This document shows, one piece after another, positions 62,398 to 64,000 of a stretch of 64,000 bases of DNA. The position numbers and the translations under genes are program-made. The notes beneath the pieces are model-generated. The model did not search any database and was not told the origin of the DNA. It saw nothing but the letters and a program-made list of their open reading frames with translations. The stretch is from Podarcis erhardii (lineage: Eukaryota), in assembly GCA_964252035.1 (NCBI GenBank), contig OZ176200.1; one strand, given 5' to 3'. How positions within the stretch are numbered: the stretch's first letter is position 1; each line of letters opens with the position of its first letter.

Positions 62398-64000
62398 TAT
62401 AAGAAGACATGCCCATTAAAACAGTACAGTGACAATAATAAAAGATCACTTTAAAGACATGGGGTTTGATCCAAGCGTACCCTTTTATTCATGGAATCAA
62501 GTGTCAGTAACGTCACATTCTGTGCTGTTCTGGAGGGTCCCTCAAATACATTTTCAGGGGTGCACTAGGTTGAAAGTGGAATTTGTGAAAATTGTGCCCC
62601 CTACACTACCATTTGTGGGTGCCTTTCCCCAAGTGGAATTCCACTCCAACCTTATGAAGCGAAGTTAGTTTAAAAATATAACCCAAAATAGCATGTATGT
62701 CTCTCTGCACTTCCTTAAAAAAAAGTACATTCCTTTTTTTAGTAAGTGTGATATCTCTTTGATTAGGTTACTTAGGAAACCAGTTCCCCTGAAGGAGATG
62801 GGACCTCTCATGCTGCTGTTAATGACTTTTGGTCATTTGCTGTGTTTTGTTTTGCTTTGAGGCAGAGTTCCAAAGAGTGTTTTGTTTGAAGTATAATTTC
62901 ACTATGATTTTTGTGGAGAATAGAAAGTAAACCAGATTTATTCTTTAACTGCAAGCCACGTACATGACTTTTTCCTGTGAATAAGAACTTGATCGATATG
63001 CACTGGAATAAGAATATTTCTAGTGAACTGCATTAAATTGATGAACATACCCTATGGGGAAATGCTTTTTTGTTTCTGTGTAATTCCATTACTTAATTAT
63101 GGGAAAGCCTGCTATGTTAAAATTACACCGCTCAGGTTTCATGAGAGACTGTTAACACTTGGCTACTTCCCTGCCAGCTTGCATAATAATTAGCTTCATG
63201 TAGAGTAAAATAGTGGGACTTCAAATGAAGTAAATATTGCTGGGCACGAGCAGGATCTGATATCACATTTTATAGGGTCAGTTAGAGGAAAACAGATTGC
63301 TAGTTCTGTTAGAAATCACCGTGATGAGTGCACAACAAATACTCTTATTCTTTATACTGTGCTCGACTTCCCTACATCCACTATTGTGCAGCAAACTGAA
63401 GAAATGTGATTTGTCTTGTCTTCAGTTCAGTATGGTTTTAAATACCATTACTCAGGAGCTACTTCATTCCCAAGTTTGCCTTGTGAAAATACATCTAATG
63501 GTGGAAATGAAGCTGAAGCACATACATCAAGTAATGTTTGAGAGATAAGACTGCTGATTAATGGATCTATGTGACCAGGAGTGACGGATGGATAAGTAAA
63601 TCTTCTCATGAATCACCACTAGGAGACTGTATGTTTGGAATGAAGGGGGGGTGGAGGAAAAAAAATATTTTTCTTTGCATGATGTGATATTAATAACCCT
63701 TCACCCCAGATAGAAATAAGACCGTTGCGTTTTTATTAGTCACAAGCAGGAATTCAAGAACTGTGTGGGATGGATTATAACAGGAGAGAGGATTGGTGAA
63801 CGGTGAGAAAGAGGAAAATTTTTATGACGCAGTTAAAAAATGGCGTCTCACCAAGACAGGCTTGCCGGAGAAAGAAGGACAGGGGGAGGAGAATCAGGAT
63901 CGTTCGAAAGAGAAGGAATGTTGGAACACAAGCTTGTCCTGACAGAGCCTCCTGATTCATTTGATTTATTTGGCAAGCCTGAGAAAAGTAAAGGACAGAC

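Noticed and set aside
50088-64000. Search for SLC49A4 exons 8-9
   Set aside because: No segment encoding TLYASCILLG..VPIFFE..E..YP..EG was seen; intron 7 appears to extend past the window.

Overview
Vertebrate genomic DNA from a squamate reptile, probably a lacertid lizard (inferred from the repeat families, not proven). The window holds the 5' part of SLC49A4 (DIRC2, a lysosomal MFS transporter) on the + strand. Coding exons 1-7 were rebuilt from GT-AG sites and protein similarity (8265-8670, 19940-20033, 31442-31704, 35758-35887, 43552-43660, 44227-44294, 49960-50087). The last exons were not found and probably lie beyond the window. A CpG island of about 2 kb (about 6600-8720) looks like a bidirectional promoter, with a probable first coding exon of HSPBAP1 on the - strand (6849-6891) and five CACGTG E-boxes. 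The introns are rich in transposons: nine copies of a TA-flanked Tigger/pogo-like MITE family plus one of a second family, a 1.4 kb composite pogo-like non-autonomous element, SINEs, CR1/L2/BovB fragments, a young 5'-truncated L1 with a target-site duplication (TSD), and an internally deleted Chapaev3 DNA transposon (CAC...GTG ends, TAA TSD). The most notable features are two young Neptune-type Penelope-like insertions built as inverted repeats. Together they carry four identical minimal hammerhead ribozyme motifs, two of them in sense within the SLC49A4 pre-mRNA. There is one assembly gap (35226-35382). Almost all other ORFs in the supplied track are spurious. Family names and human exon sizes are recalled from knowledge; no searches were run.
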